Source: Paludibacteraceae bacterium (GTDB taxonomy: Bacteria > Bacteroidota > Bacteroidia > Bacteroidales > Paludibacteraceae). Taken from it: a stretch of 64,000 nucleotides of DNA. A program made the translations under genes and the position numbers. Below, in pieces: positions 9,929-18,881 of this stretch. A model generated the notes under the pieces. It saw nothing but the letters and a program-made list of their open reading frames with translations, was not told the origin of the DNA and ran no database searches. Location of the stretch: positions 270 through 64,269 of the forward strand of contig JAGBVI010000020.1 in NCBI GenBank assembly GCA_017630395.1, given 5' to 3'. How positions within the stretch are numbered: the stretch's first letter is position 1; every line of letters begins with the position of its first letter.

Positions 9929-11233
9929 TTACAGATACTCCTTGAGTCGTTTTAATATATTTTTGTATCCCTCTTTCCATCCTTCCCAGCCCAACCCATT
10001 TGTTAGGTGTTGGTTATGAAATAGGGTAATGAAGACTCCGTTTACCGCTTTTACCTCTTGTGCCATTTTTAAAATATACTCTTCACTTTCTTTTAGGGAT
10101 AAATGAAGATTACTCTTGAGGGTTTTGTCCATTACGGCAGTTGGATAAAGCAAAAGATTTGTTGTTTGATTGGTGGTTAAATCAAAGAAATTAAATGGGA
10201 ATGATGTGGAGGCGCGAAATCCGGGATCATTGGAGTAGCACATAGACCAATCGGTTTTTATCCCTAATTCAATAAGTTTTCTATAGCCATCTGGTAAGAA
10301 AAATCGTAAATAGTGATACCTGCAATTTCTTTCTTTAGAAAAGGCCGGATTCCTATGATTGATTTTCCAAAGTTCCCATTTGAAACGTAGTGAGTTTTGG
10401 GCAGCAGCGTAGGATGGGTGTATGCCTATGTGACTATTTTGGGACATTTTTTTTCTCATTTGTTTATATTCCCGGCTGGGTAGAAGTGTTCTTTTATCAT
10501 GTTTCCCAAATCCGCCACAGTGAAAAAAGAGGTAGGGGGTAAAGCCGTTTTCTTTGTGCCATTCAACCACCTCTTCCAGGTTGTAGTAGGGGTCGGGTTG
10601 TATGCGCAAAACGCACTTTAAGCGTTCGAGAGCCTTCTTTTTCTCGCCTTTAATCAGGTCTCTTGCACAACAATAGAGCGTTTGAAGTATCCCATGATAA
10701 CGGTAAGCATAAACATTATCCACATCGATTGTAGGAATAATTTGAAAGGAGGGAGATTGAAATTTTAACTCCGGATTTCGTTCCAAAAGTTGTTTTTTTA
10801 ACTTGTTAGCCCAGATGTCAATCAGTGGTAGGTTTAAAAATTTCTTTTGGTAAGCGATACTTTTTTCTGCTAAAAATCTACCATGTTGGTCCTTTTCTGT
10901 TGAATAATATTCCTCATATCGCGAGAGTAAGAAAAAAGAGGCAGCAAACAGGTCAAAAGGAATTTCTCCTTTGGAGACGAAGAGTGTGGTAAATCCTTCC
11001 CAATCTCCAAAGGTGATTTCCTGTCTCCTTATGTCAGATTCAAAGAGTAGCTGCGTAGGAACTATGTGTAACCCATTACCCAACTTCTCTTTAGAGTAGC
11101 AAATATCGTATTCAGTTGATTCACTATCTGTATGAGAATAGAGCTTAAAGTCAATGCCCAATAGGGTTTGGAATAGGTGTGAACAAACGTATTCCAACCG
11201 ACTGCTTATCGAGGATGTATATATCTTAATCAT
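9929..11233 (-). CDS. Hypothetical protein, possibly a divergent polysaccharide-deacetylase-like (NodB-fold) enzyme
   Basis: 434 aa with no signal peptide. The IPTIDVDNV and HPSY segments resemble NodB-type motifs, but the assignment comes from motif memory only. Confidence 0.4.
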   Translation of the reverse strand: MIKIYTSSISSRLEYVCSHLFQTLLGIDFKLYSHTDSESTEYDICYSKEKLGNGLHIVPTQLLFESDIRRQEITFGDWEGFTTLFVSKGEIPFDLFAASFFLLSRYEEYYSTEKDQHGRFLAEKSIAYQKKFLNLPLIDIWANKLKKQLLERNPELKFQSPSFQIIPTIDVDNVYAYRYHGILQTLYCCARDLIKGEKKKALERLKCVLRIQPDPYYNLEEVVEWHKENGFTPYLFFHCGGFGKHDKRTLLPSREYKQMRKKMSQNSHIGIHPSYAAAQNSLRFKWELWKINHRNPAFSKERNCRYHYLRFFLPDGYRKLIELGIKTDWSMCYSNDPGFRASTSFPFNFFDLTTNQTTNLLLYPTAVMDKTLKSNLHLSLKESEEYILKMAQEVKAVNGVFITLFHNQHLTNGLGWEGWKEGYKNILKRLKEYL

Positions 11234-11288
11234 GTTAATCTTTCATCAACTTCTAATTTCGGGTAAAGATACGATAAAGAACGATAAT

Positions 11289-11993
11289 CTACAATAATCC
11301 TTCATCGGCAAAACTATAGTATCCATTTTCTGCGATAATCAGGTGGTCCATAAGTTTGATGTCCATTACATCGCATCCTGCTTTAAGTCTTTCTGTAAAT
11401 CGAATATCTACTTTGCTGGGTTGCAGATTGCCGGAAGGATGATTATGGAAGATGATGATTCCTGCCGCCAACGTCAGAAGCGCATGTTGCAAGATGATTT
11501 TAGGGTCGATAATGCAGGAGTCAGTTCCTCCTTCTCCAATCTTTTTTTTGTCAATTACTTTGTTCTTTTTGTTTAAGTAAATAGCATAGGCTATCTCTAC
11601 TGTGCAATCGGAAATCAGAGGGGCAATGATTTGATAGGCATCTTTGCTATGTCTGACAAACTCTCCCTTTTCGTCTGTTTCTAAACTTCGTCTTCTGCCT
11701 ATCTCTAATGCGGCTTGAATGGAAATTGCTTTGGCCACTCCAATACCTTTGAACCTACTGGTGAGTTGAGGAATGGTAAGCCGACTTAAATTTGAAAATT
11801 GGTTATTTACCTCTGCGAGTATCCGTTGGGATAATTGAACGGCACTTTCCTCTCGGTTTCCACTCCCGATGACGATGGCTAATAGTTCGGCATTAGATAG
11901 ATTTTGCTTTCCTAATGTCACTAATTTTTCGCGAGGACGATCGTCCTCCGACCACTCTTTTATTCGAGCATGATTTGGGGTTGATTTTTCCAT
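11289..11993 (-). CDS. radC: RadC-family JAMM protein
   Basis: 234 aa. JAMM motif IIFHNHPSGNLQPS and an N-terminal helix-hairpin-helix-like region (LSNAELLAIVIGSG). Confidence 0.92.
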   Translation of the reverse strand: MEKSTPNHARIKEWSEDDRPREKLVTLGKQNLSNAELLAIVIGSGNREESAVQLSQRILAEVNNQFSNLSRLTIPQLTSRFKGIGVAKAISIQAALEIGRRRSLETDEKGEFVRHSKDAYQIIAPLISDCTVEIAYAIYLNKKNKVIDKKKIGEGGTDSCIIDPKIILQHALLTLAAGIIIFHNHPSGNLQPSKVDIRFTERLKAGCDVMDIKLMDHLIIAENGYYSFADEGLL

Positions 11994-12168
11994 TGTAATT
12001 TAATTTTACCCTCTATTGGGTGTTTTTTTATGATAAGTTGAGGCTCCATAATGCAACTTATGGAACATCTTGCAAACAAAAATTTGTGACTACTTCTATA
12101 AAGTTATGTCAAAATTAATTCTGCTAACTTCATAAAAGTAGTCATTGGAGTGCCAAAGTGAGTGCCTT

Positions 12169-13338
12169 TTATAAATTACACTTGCTAATTGCCTTAAATT
12201 GATTAATGGCAGGATTGGCATACATAATCCAAAATTTCTCTTTTAAGAAAGGTATATCTTTATCCTTCCAATCAATTTTTTCAATCTGTGCATCTACATA
12301 CTTCTCAAACTTGATTTTCTCTTCTGCAGTGTAGTGTTTCCCTAAAAATTGGGACTCATTGTTCAAATTATCAAGCGCGATATAGTTGCAAGGGAAAAGA
12401 TGATAGTTAAGGTGTATTTTGTTATCAATGAGTTGTGCTATTTTGTTCAACACTGTATTTCTGTCATCATCGGGTTGAATAAATTGTTCAATCTCGTTGT
12501 TGATAGGTTGACATACCTCATAAATCATTTGTCCTTTATAGCCGGTAATACCAATTTGCATACTTCTCACATCATCTTCCTCGCTCTTTTTAAAGTCGGG
12601 ATTATCTCTTTTTTGTTGGAATTCCATTGCTTTCAGATAGTCGCAAGAATCATATTCGTATGAGACGCAAATAGGAGTGATATTGAGTTCTATAAAACTC
12701 TCTCTTAAATTATTTTTTGCACTGATGGTTAGCATTTTAAGCAAGCTTTCTTGCGTTCTGTCATCCGAGTCTTTTGCTCTACCTTCACGTTGAGCCAACC
12801 AAATTGAATTTCTTTTCTGAGTGATGGTTTCTCTGATGTAGGTGGATTGCTTTACGAAAGCGTTGAATAACTCTCTTTTTGTTCCGTTTCTTTTTATCAA
12901 AAAGCTTTTATTCAATTTTAAAACATCGCTAATCCATGGGCGAGTGCAGAGGTTATCTCCAATCGCATTTTCTGTGGTATCATATCCTTTTTCTGCAAAA
13001 AGAGTGTTCAGCAAAGCTGCATCCATGACAATGTCTCTATGGTTGGAGATAAAGAGGTGCTTTTTATCGAAACTTAATTGCTCCATTCCGTTGAGGGTAT
13101 AGACTCCTTTGGCTTTTTGTACTATACTCAGAATCAATGGCCCGATGATTTGCAGTTGAAACTCTTTTATACTATTTAAGTTTCGTAATTGTTGTATAAG
13201 TTTATCTATATCCATGTTTGGATATAAAAATTTCAGTACGTGGATAAACTCCGGTTCGTTGGTCAATTTTTCTAATGTCGCCTTAACCTCGTTATCATGG
13301 TAAGGTCGCATGTCGTCATAATTGAATTCGTTTTCCAT
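12169..13338 (-). CDS. PlsC-family (lysophospholipid/glycerol-phosphate) acyltransferase
   Basis: 389 aa. HX4D acyltransferase motif (SNHRDIVMD). Substrate unknown. Confidence 0.7.
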   Translation of the reverse strand: MENEFNYDDMRPYHDNEVKATLEKLTNEPEFIHVLKFLYPNMDIDKLIQQLRNLNSIKEFQLQIIGPLILSIVQKAKGVYTLNGMEQLSFDKKHLFISNHRDIVMDAALLNTLFAEKGYDTTENAIGDNLCTRPWISDVLKLNKSFLIKRNGTKRELFNAFVKQSTYIRETITQKRNSIWLAQREGRAKDSDDRTQESLLKMLTISAKNNLRESFIELNITPICVSYEYDSCDYLKAMEFQQKRDNPDFKKSEEDDVRSMQIGITGYKGQMIYEVCQPINNEIEQFIQPDDDRNTVLNKIAQLIDNKIHLNYHLFPCNYIALDNLNNESQFLGKHYTAEEKIKFEKYVDAQIEKIDWKDKDIPFLKEKFWIMYANPAINQFKAISKCNL

Positions 13339-13355
13339 AAGTTTTATATTTTAAT

Positions 13356-13967
13356 TTATTTTCTTAACGTAAATATGGATTCCGGTCCCATGTTGAATAG
13401 TAAGTCGATAATGCTTAAATTGGGTTGGAATCCGAATTTGTGTTCAAATACTTGATAATAGGGCGAAATTGGAGTTGTGCTTTCGTGTTTAGGATGAAAA
13501 GCCTCTCGCATATCCAATGGGTTATTTCCCTCCTTTTGAATGTATTCTGAAGTCTTTTCAATCTCTTTGGAAATTCGAAGTAATCTAAGTGTGGTATCCA
13601 ATAAATCCATGTTGAAATCTATCAGGAAATCATACTTTTTTTTAAAGACGACTTCATAATCATCTCTGTAATATTCGAAAAATGGAGTAGAGTTATAGGC
13701 GGATTCTATTGCTCTCCAATGATTAATTCTCCAATTCTCTTTGTAAGAAATTTGAATCTCTTTAGTAGGACATTTTTCTTTGGGACGAATCACCGGGATA
13801 GTTAAATCCAACAGATGGTTACTTGTTGCAATCCGACATCTATTACGATAGGTTTGTTTGGTGTAGTGATCGTTTTGTTCTATAATAACCTTGGGGGCGG
13901 TATAGAGCTGTTTGAAGTAGTCTATAGGTCCCAAATAGGTAGTCGTTAAAAGTAACCTCTGATCCAT
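13356..13967 (-). CDS. WbqC-family protein
   Basis: The ORF track gives 13356..14072. I prefer Met36 (ATG at 13967, MDQRLLLTTTYLGPIDYFKQL...), which is typical of WbqC-like proteins and removes the overlap with the upstream gene's stop at 13979. Confidence 0.75.
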   Translation of the reverse strand: MDQRLLLTTTYLGPIDYFKQLYTAPKVIIEQNDHYTKQTYRNRCRIATSNHLLDLTIPVIRPKEKCPTKEIQISYKENWRINHWRAIESAYNSTPFFEYYRDDYEVVFKKKYDFLIDFNMDLLDTTLRLLRISKEIEKTSEYIQKEGNNPLDMREAFHPKHESTTPISPYYQVFEHKFGFQPNLSIIDLLFNMGPESIFTLRK

Positions 13968-13978
13968 ATAATCGTTAT

Positions 13979-15835
13979 TTATTTTGATTGTTTTTTGGAT
14001 ATGGCTAAATCGGATGGGCGTTGTTCCTTCAAAGGAATCTCTTTTACATCCCACTCTTCCTCGACATCCCAATTCTTGCGGAATTTAATTTTCTTAGGAA
14101 GATAGTAAACATATTCCGGTGGCAATCCCTGAGAGTAATCACCTGTATCCCATAATCCATTCTCATTTTTGTCTTCTATTAGTCGAAAGAAATATTCTCC
14201 GGGATTGATGTGAATGAATTTAGCCATGTTATTTTTTACCTCCTCTCGGCGTACTACTTCATCGGTTTTGGTTAGCATTTCAACAAATGCCCCGCTCTCT
14301 ATATTCTTTACATTTAAAGTGAAAGTGGCATAGTTATCAATTGGCTTGATTCTGAACAGCACTTTTATCTCATTATTATGATTCCCGTAATAGTCGTAAA
14401 ATGCGGCAGAGTCTATATCTACTTGGTAGAAAATGTCAGTTTTGAAATCTCCAGTAAGCCTATACTGACGAGGATAGTACGGATCTTTATCCTTTTCGAT
14501 GGAACCTTTTATAGGGGTAAGTATCGTGTCTTCTTTGATGTAAAAGTGTATTTTTGAGGTGTCCAAGTGGGCGATTGGTCTTTCCCATTCAATAACCACA
14601 GGATTGTAAATTTCCACTGTACTCGGCTCTTTGCTTAATTTAAGGAGGTTATCTCGTTTTACTTTGATACCTCGTTTTGCCATTCTCTCTTCCAACTTTT
14701 TTCTTGATTCCAATTTCTTTGCTTCGTCAGAGAGTTGTTTGCCGGTTAGATTAGCCCAAAGTGTATCTGTTTGAGAAACCATCTCTCGCAATGAGTCGGT
14801 AACAAGATATTCGATGGCTATCTGTAATGAATCCATCGCAAATATTGTGGAGTCTGTAATCCAATATTTTACCGTGTCCGTTGTGATGCTGGGTTCTGCA
14901 ATAAACCAATCTTCCTTGTCAGAATTTAACAATGTTACTTTGGGCAAGGATTTTTCGATTTTTGTAAAATTGAGGGTGAAATAATTTCTCTCTCGTTTTA
15001 TTTTCTTAAACTCTTGAATCTCAGTTGGTAAAACAAACGCACGCAATAATATTTCATTCGGCAGGTATTTATAAAGGGTCTTGTGGATGATGGTATCTAT
15101 TGTTGCGGAATCGCCAAATGTTGTATCAGATTGGATGAAGGTTTCAATAGAGGGAATAGGCGTGGAAATATCTTCAAAAGCTATTGTTTCGCCTCGTTGG
15201 TCATAGTAGTAGTTGTTGTTTAAATCTTTTAGTGCAAAAATCTTATATTGTTTATTTCCGGCACCTAAGATTGTAAACTTTCCTTCTTTGTCTGTTTTGG
15301 CAATTCGTTCAAATGGACGATTGGTAAATGTTGAATCATCGCAAATGGAGTGTATTCCTACGTATATATCTTCGCATGGGGTTAAATTGTCTGCGTTCAA
15401 TACAATCCCGGATAGTTTCAGTGAGTCAACATTTTCGCCCGTAGAGAATGAATAGACAAAATCTTTTGTTAAATTGTTTTCGGTATAGTCTCCGATTGAT
15501 TTCCCAAAATCAATTGTATAGGTGGTATTAGGTTGTAGAGTGTCTCGAAACTCCATAACCACTTTTTTTCCTATACCTTTTGTTATCGGTTGTGTCTTTT
15601 GAGGGGGAGAGACAATAATGTTTTGGTTGGCATTATTGACTTGAATATATTCGTCAAAGACAATCTCGATGGTATTGTCTTTTACGTTTGTAGCTTTGTT
15701 TTGGGGCGAAAATTCGGTTGCGCTTGGGGCAACAATATCTTTTTTACCGCCGGTTGGACCTTGACCCATATTGGCACAGCCGCAGAGAATAAATCCAATG
15801 CACAAAATGAATATTTTTAGATTTTTATTTCCCAT
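13979..15835 (-). CDS. Ig-like (Big_5/SbsA-type) domain lipoprotein
   Basis: 618 aa. Lipobox ILCGCANMG followed by DIVAPSATEFSPQN, typical of Bacteroidota Ig-like domain lipoproteins. Confidence 0.65.
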   Translation of the reverse strand: MGNKNLKIFILCIGFILCGCANMGQGPTGGKKDIVAPSATEFSPQNKATNVKDNTIEIVFDEYIQVNNANQNIIVSPPQKTQPITKGIGKKVVMEFRDTLQPNTTYTIDFGKSIGDYTENNLTKDFVYSFSTGENVDSLKLSGIVLNADNLTPCEDIYVGIHSICDDSTFTNRPFERIAKTDKEGKFTILGAGNKQYKIFALKDLNNNYYYDQRGETIAFEDISTPIPSIETFIQSDTTFGDSATIDTIIHKTLYKYLPNEILLRAFVLPTEIQEFKKIKRERNYFTLNFTKIEKSLPKVTLLNSDKEDWFIAEPSITTDTVKYWITDSTIFAMDSLQIAIEYLVTDSLREMVSQTDTLWANLTGKQLSDEAKKLESRKKLEERMAKRGIKVKRDNLLKLSKEPSTVEIYNPVVIEWERPIAHLDTSKIHFYIKEDTILTPIKGSIEKDKDPYYPRQYRLTGDFKTDIFYQVDIDSAAFYDYYGNHNNEIKVLFRIKPIDNYATFTLNVKNIESGAFVEMLTKTDEVVRREEVKNNMAKFIHINPGEYFFRLIEDKNENGLWDTGDYSQGLPPEYVYYLPKKIKFRKNWDVEEEWDVKEIPLKEQRPSDLAISKKQSK

Positions 15836-16039
15836 TGTTTAGGAATATTTTTTTCGTTGTCGTATCAAATCCCGACAAAGTTAGTAATTATTGGCATATT
15901 AGAAAACAATCTTCTTAAAACAACTGGAAATGTCTGAAAATTTTATTTTCTTTGTAGTGTAGATTCATTTGTTATAGTCATACGGAGGTTCGGACTATTA
16001 ACAAGTGAAAAATAAAATTTTGAACCTCCCTATATAACT

Positions 16040-16594
16040 ATGATTTGGAAAGATTTTTTCTTCTTCTCCAAAGGTGAGAAGAATGGTTTGCTTGTTTTGG
16101 GAAGCCTGATTTGTTTGATGTTTGCGGTTAATTTTTGTTTTCCGTCTCATTCTCAAAACCCTAATGCAGCAGTTTACACGCAAGAGGAACAACGCAAAAT
16201 TGATTCCTTGATTTTGGAAATTCGTTATCGCGATAGTTTGCTGAATAAGGAGCGTTCTAAACGAACGGCTTCTGTGGTGCGAGATTCTTGCTCTCCGGTC
16301 AAGCAAGAGGCAAATCGAACTGTTCAATCTAACAGTCTGCCTCAGAAAAAGTTTAATAATAGAGCATTGAATCGAGAAGTGCTCAAAATTGAACTTAATA
16401 AGGCGGATAGTGCAGAATTGGAGAAACTTAGGGGTATAGGACCAGTCTTGTCGAAACGGATTATTCGCTACAGAACTTCCCTAGGAGGAAAATTTCATTC
16501 GGTGGATGAGTTGCGGAATGTTTATGGTTTGTCTGAGGAGACTTTCCAGAGCATAAAACCTTACCTTTGGATTGATACATTGCTGTTGAAATAG
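16040..16594 (+). CDS. ComEA-like helix-hairpin-helix DNA-binding protein
   Basis: 184 aa. N-terminal TM segment and C-terminal tandem HhH (LNKADSAELEKLRGIGPVLSKRIIRYR...VDELRNVYGLSEETF). Confidence 0.85.
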   Translation: MIWKDFFFFSKGEKNGLLVLGSLICLMFAVNFCFPSHSQNPNAAVYTQEEQRKIDSLILEIRYRDSLLNKERSKRTASVVRDSCSPVKQEANRTVQSNSLPQKKFNNRALNREVLKIELNKADSAELEKLRGIGPVLSKRIIRYRTSLGGKFHSVDELRNVYGLSEETFQSIKPYLWIDTLLLK

Positions 16595-16607
16595 CGAATA
16601 TTTATTT

Positions 16608-16666
16608 AAGGCAGGTTCTATAAATTCGCTCGAAATAAAATTTAAGCAACTTCATATAGACTACCC
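16608..16666. repeat. Dispersed intergenic repeat, copy B (compact palindromic element)
   Basis: AAGGCAGGTTCTATAAATTCGCTCGAAATAAAATTTAAGCAACTTCATATAGACTACC. The ends are inverted (GGTTCTATA...TATAGACTACC). The internal GCTCGAAATAAAATTTAAGCAACTT matches copies A and D. Confidence 0.7.
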
Positions 16667-16716
16667 TAAGAAACTTTTTTCTTTATTCTGTTGTTTTTTA
16701 TATAAAACTTTAATAT

Positions 16717-17430
16717 ATGGAAAACGTAAATAAGCAAGAAGAGGCAAATCATAACTCTGAAACAAAGCCCCAATTTTACATCAAAGTGGTTGCAAATGGT
16801 CCTTACATGTTATTTGGAGAGCCAAAAATGTCTGAACTTTTTGCAGAGTTGGATGAGCAAGGGATTCCTACAGGATATAGGGAAGGGGAGAGTTTCTCGT
16901 CTAAGGAACCATGTGCTTTATGTAGATGTGGTGCTTCAAAGAAGCAACCTTATTGTTCTGGAGAACATGCGAAACACTCTTGGGAGAGTAAAGAAAAAGC
17001 GAAGCATGAATCGATTTTAAAAGATGTTGTAGTTAGTGATGGACCTTTGTTGACGTTGGCAGATAATGAAAGATATTGTTCTTTTGCCCATTTTTGTGAT
17101 GCCAATGGAGGAATCTGGAATATTGTGGAGTGTGCATCTACCGATTCGGAAGTGGAATTGGCAAAAGAGATTGTAGCACATTGCCCCAGTGGCAGATTAG
17201 TCTTGTGGGACAAGAGAGCCAAAAAGATTTTTGAACCGGATTTTGCACCCCAAGTAGGATTGTTGGAAGGAGTGGGAGTCAAGATCAAAGGACCTATCTG
17301 GTTGCGAGGCGGAATTCAGGTCTTTGGAGCCAATGGCGACTCGTACGAAATCAGAAATCGTGTCACTCTTTGTCGTTGCGGAGAATCAGAAAACAAACCC
17401 TTTTGCGATGGTAGTCATACCTATCTGTGA
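16717..17430 (+). CDS. CDGSH iron-sulfur domain protein (two CDGSH-type motifs)
   Basis: 237 aa. Canonical CRCGESENKPFCDGSH at the C-terminus and a degenerate CRCGASKKQPYCSGEH near residue 70. Confidence 0.88.
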   Translation: MENVNKQEEANHNSETKPQFYIKVVANGPYMLFGEPKMSELFAELDEQGIPTGYREGESFSSKEPCALCRCGASKKQPYCSGEHAKHSWESKEKAKHESILKDVVVSDGPLLTLADNERYCSFAHFCDANGGIWNIVECASTDSEVELAKEIVAHCPSGRLVLWDKRAKKIFEPDFAPQVGLLEGVGVKIKGPIWLRGGIQVFGANGDSYEIRNRVTLCRCGESENKPFCDGSHTYL

Positions 17431-17451
17431 TTTTTTTGCTTTGACATAAGT

Positions 17452-17499
17452 AAAGAAGAGACTGGCTTATAGTTACTTTAGCCGGTCTCTTCTTATTTT
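17452..17499. terminator. Hairpin terminator between convergent genes
   Basis: AAGAAGAGACTGGC / GCCGGTCTCTTCTT stem of ~15 bp including one G-U, 14-nt loop, followed by ATTTT. Confidence 0.65.
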
Positions 17500-17527
17500 G
17501 ATAATGATTATTAATTCTGGTTCATGG

Positions 17528-18466
17528 TTATTCCCATGTTCCATAAATAATAAGTTCCATATTTGCAGTTTTCATGGTAAAGGAGTTCTTTTTCCAGTAT
17601 GTGTCAAATTTTGTTGAATATAGTCCTGATATATAAACTGAACCTGAAGAGTATCCCGTGTCATAATCATACAAATCGAATGCAATAGTGTTATAAATTT
17701 GATCAATTTTAATTGATAGGTTAGAAAAAGTGCATAAACTGCCGTCGTTTACATCAGATAGGTAATTTGTTCTACCAACAGCAATGTCATTAATGGATAC
17801 TTTTATCCAAGGATCGGGAGTGTCAAATATATTGTCTGTATCCCATTTAGTTAATACAATTTTATTTATTGTAAAGACAGGATCATTAATTGTTTCAACA
17901 AAGCTTTCTCCCTTCTTAACCGTTTTTGAAGATAATATAACACCTTCTGCATTTTTAATTTCTACAAGAGCTTTCGTCTGATTTGTAATTGTTGGTGAGT
18001 AACTCAATTTTTGTTCAGAGCCAATAATTTTCTTTTGTTCACCATCAATATACAAATAAACAGAGTTGCTACTATAGTTTGTTAGTTCTACAATTAATTT
18101 CCATGTTTCGATTTCGTCAGAAACATTTGTGTCTGAATTATCTTTGTTAACTACAACACTATAAATTTCACCATTTCTAACCTCTTCCCAATCCAATATT
18201 TTACCGCTAGCTAATTTTACTCCAACAGTAACGTACCCTGTTTGAGTCTCTTTGGTTAGATCCCAAGTAAATACCTTTTCAGACTGTATACTTTGTGTTG
18301 TTCCATCTTCTTCTATAAAAAAGTATACTGTCTCATCTCTAAGATTAGTGATATCTACGTGAAAATTAATTGTGGTGGTTTCTTCTTCCTCTTTGCATGA
18401 TGTTACGGTTAATCCTACAGCAAGAACTAACAATAAATATTTTACTATTTGATTAAATTTTTTCAT
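17528..18466 (-). CDS. Lipoprotein of unknown function with an internal duplication and a C2-like C-terminal domain
   Basis: 312 aa. Lipobox LTVTSCKEE. Two similar ~85-aa beta-rich modules. The C-terminal segment (WDTDNIFDTPDPWIKVSI...FDLYDYDTGYSSGSVYISG) resembles a C2 domain. Confidence 0.6.
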   Translation of the reverse strand: MKKFNQIVKYLLLVLAVGLTVTSCKEEEETTTINFHVDITNLRDETVYFFIEEDGTTQSIQSEKVFTWDLTKETQTGYVTVGVKLASGKILDWEEVRNGEIYSVVVNKDNSDTNVSDEIETWKLIVELTNYSSNSVYLYIDGEQKKIIGSEQKLSYSPTITNQTKALVEIKNAEGVILSSKTVKKGESFVETINDPVFTINKIVLTKWDTDNIFDTPDPWIKVSINDIAVGRTNYLSDVNDGSLCTFSNLSIKIDQIYNTIAFDLYDYDTGYSSGSVYISGLYSTKFDTYWKKNSFTMKTANMELIIYGTWE

Positions 18467-18492
18467 GACTTTCTTTTTTTTGTTAATTATGT

Positions 18493-18849
18493 TTATTGAT
18501 TATCACTGATGTAAAAAGATATTGTTACTTGATAACATGTAGAGAGCAAAATAGAAGGTTCTTTGATCTTCATAATACTTATTAGTGAAGCACCCTTCTC
18601 TTTTGCGTCAGTACGTGCCTGATTTATAATTGCTTCAAGTGTACAATCATCTGTTCTTGTAAGCCCTTTCTCACCGTAAGAACCTGTTCCAATCATTTTA
18701 TAACCTGAAGGAATTGGTTGCCCCAAAGAGACCACTGTTATTTCTCCATAATATGGTTGCCTCGTTTCATACATTGAGATGGTTCTTTTTAGTCCGCATC
18801 CACTAAATAACAGTAGGAGTGTGACTAAAATTAAAATTCGTCTTTTCAT
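18493..18849 (-). CDS. Small lipoprotein of unknown function
   Basis: 118 aa. Lipobox LLFSGCGLK. Sits 26 nt upstream of the next lipoprotein gene, so the two are likely co-transcribed. Confidence 0.6.
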   Translation of the reverse strand: MKRRILILVTLLLLFSGCGLKRTISMYETRQPYYGEITVVSLGQPIPSGYKMIGTGSYGEKGLTRTDDCTLEAIINQARTDAKEKGASLISIMKIKEPSILLSTCYQVTISFYISDNQ

Positions 18850-18881
18850 AAAATTCTAATTTTTAAATGAAACATTGTAAA

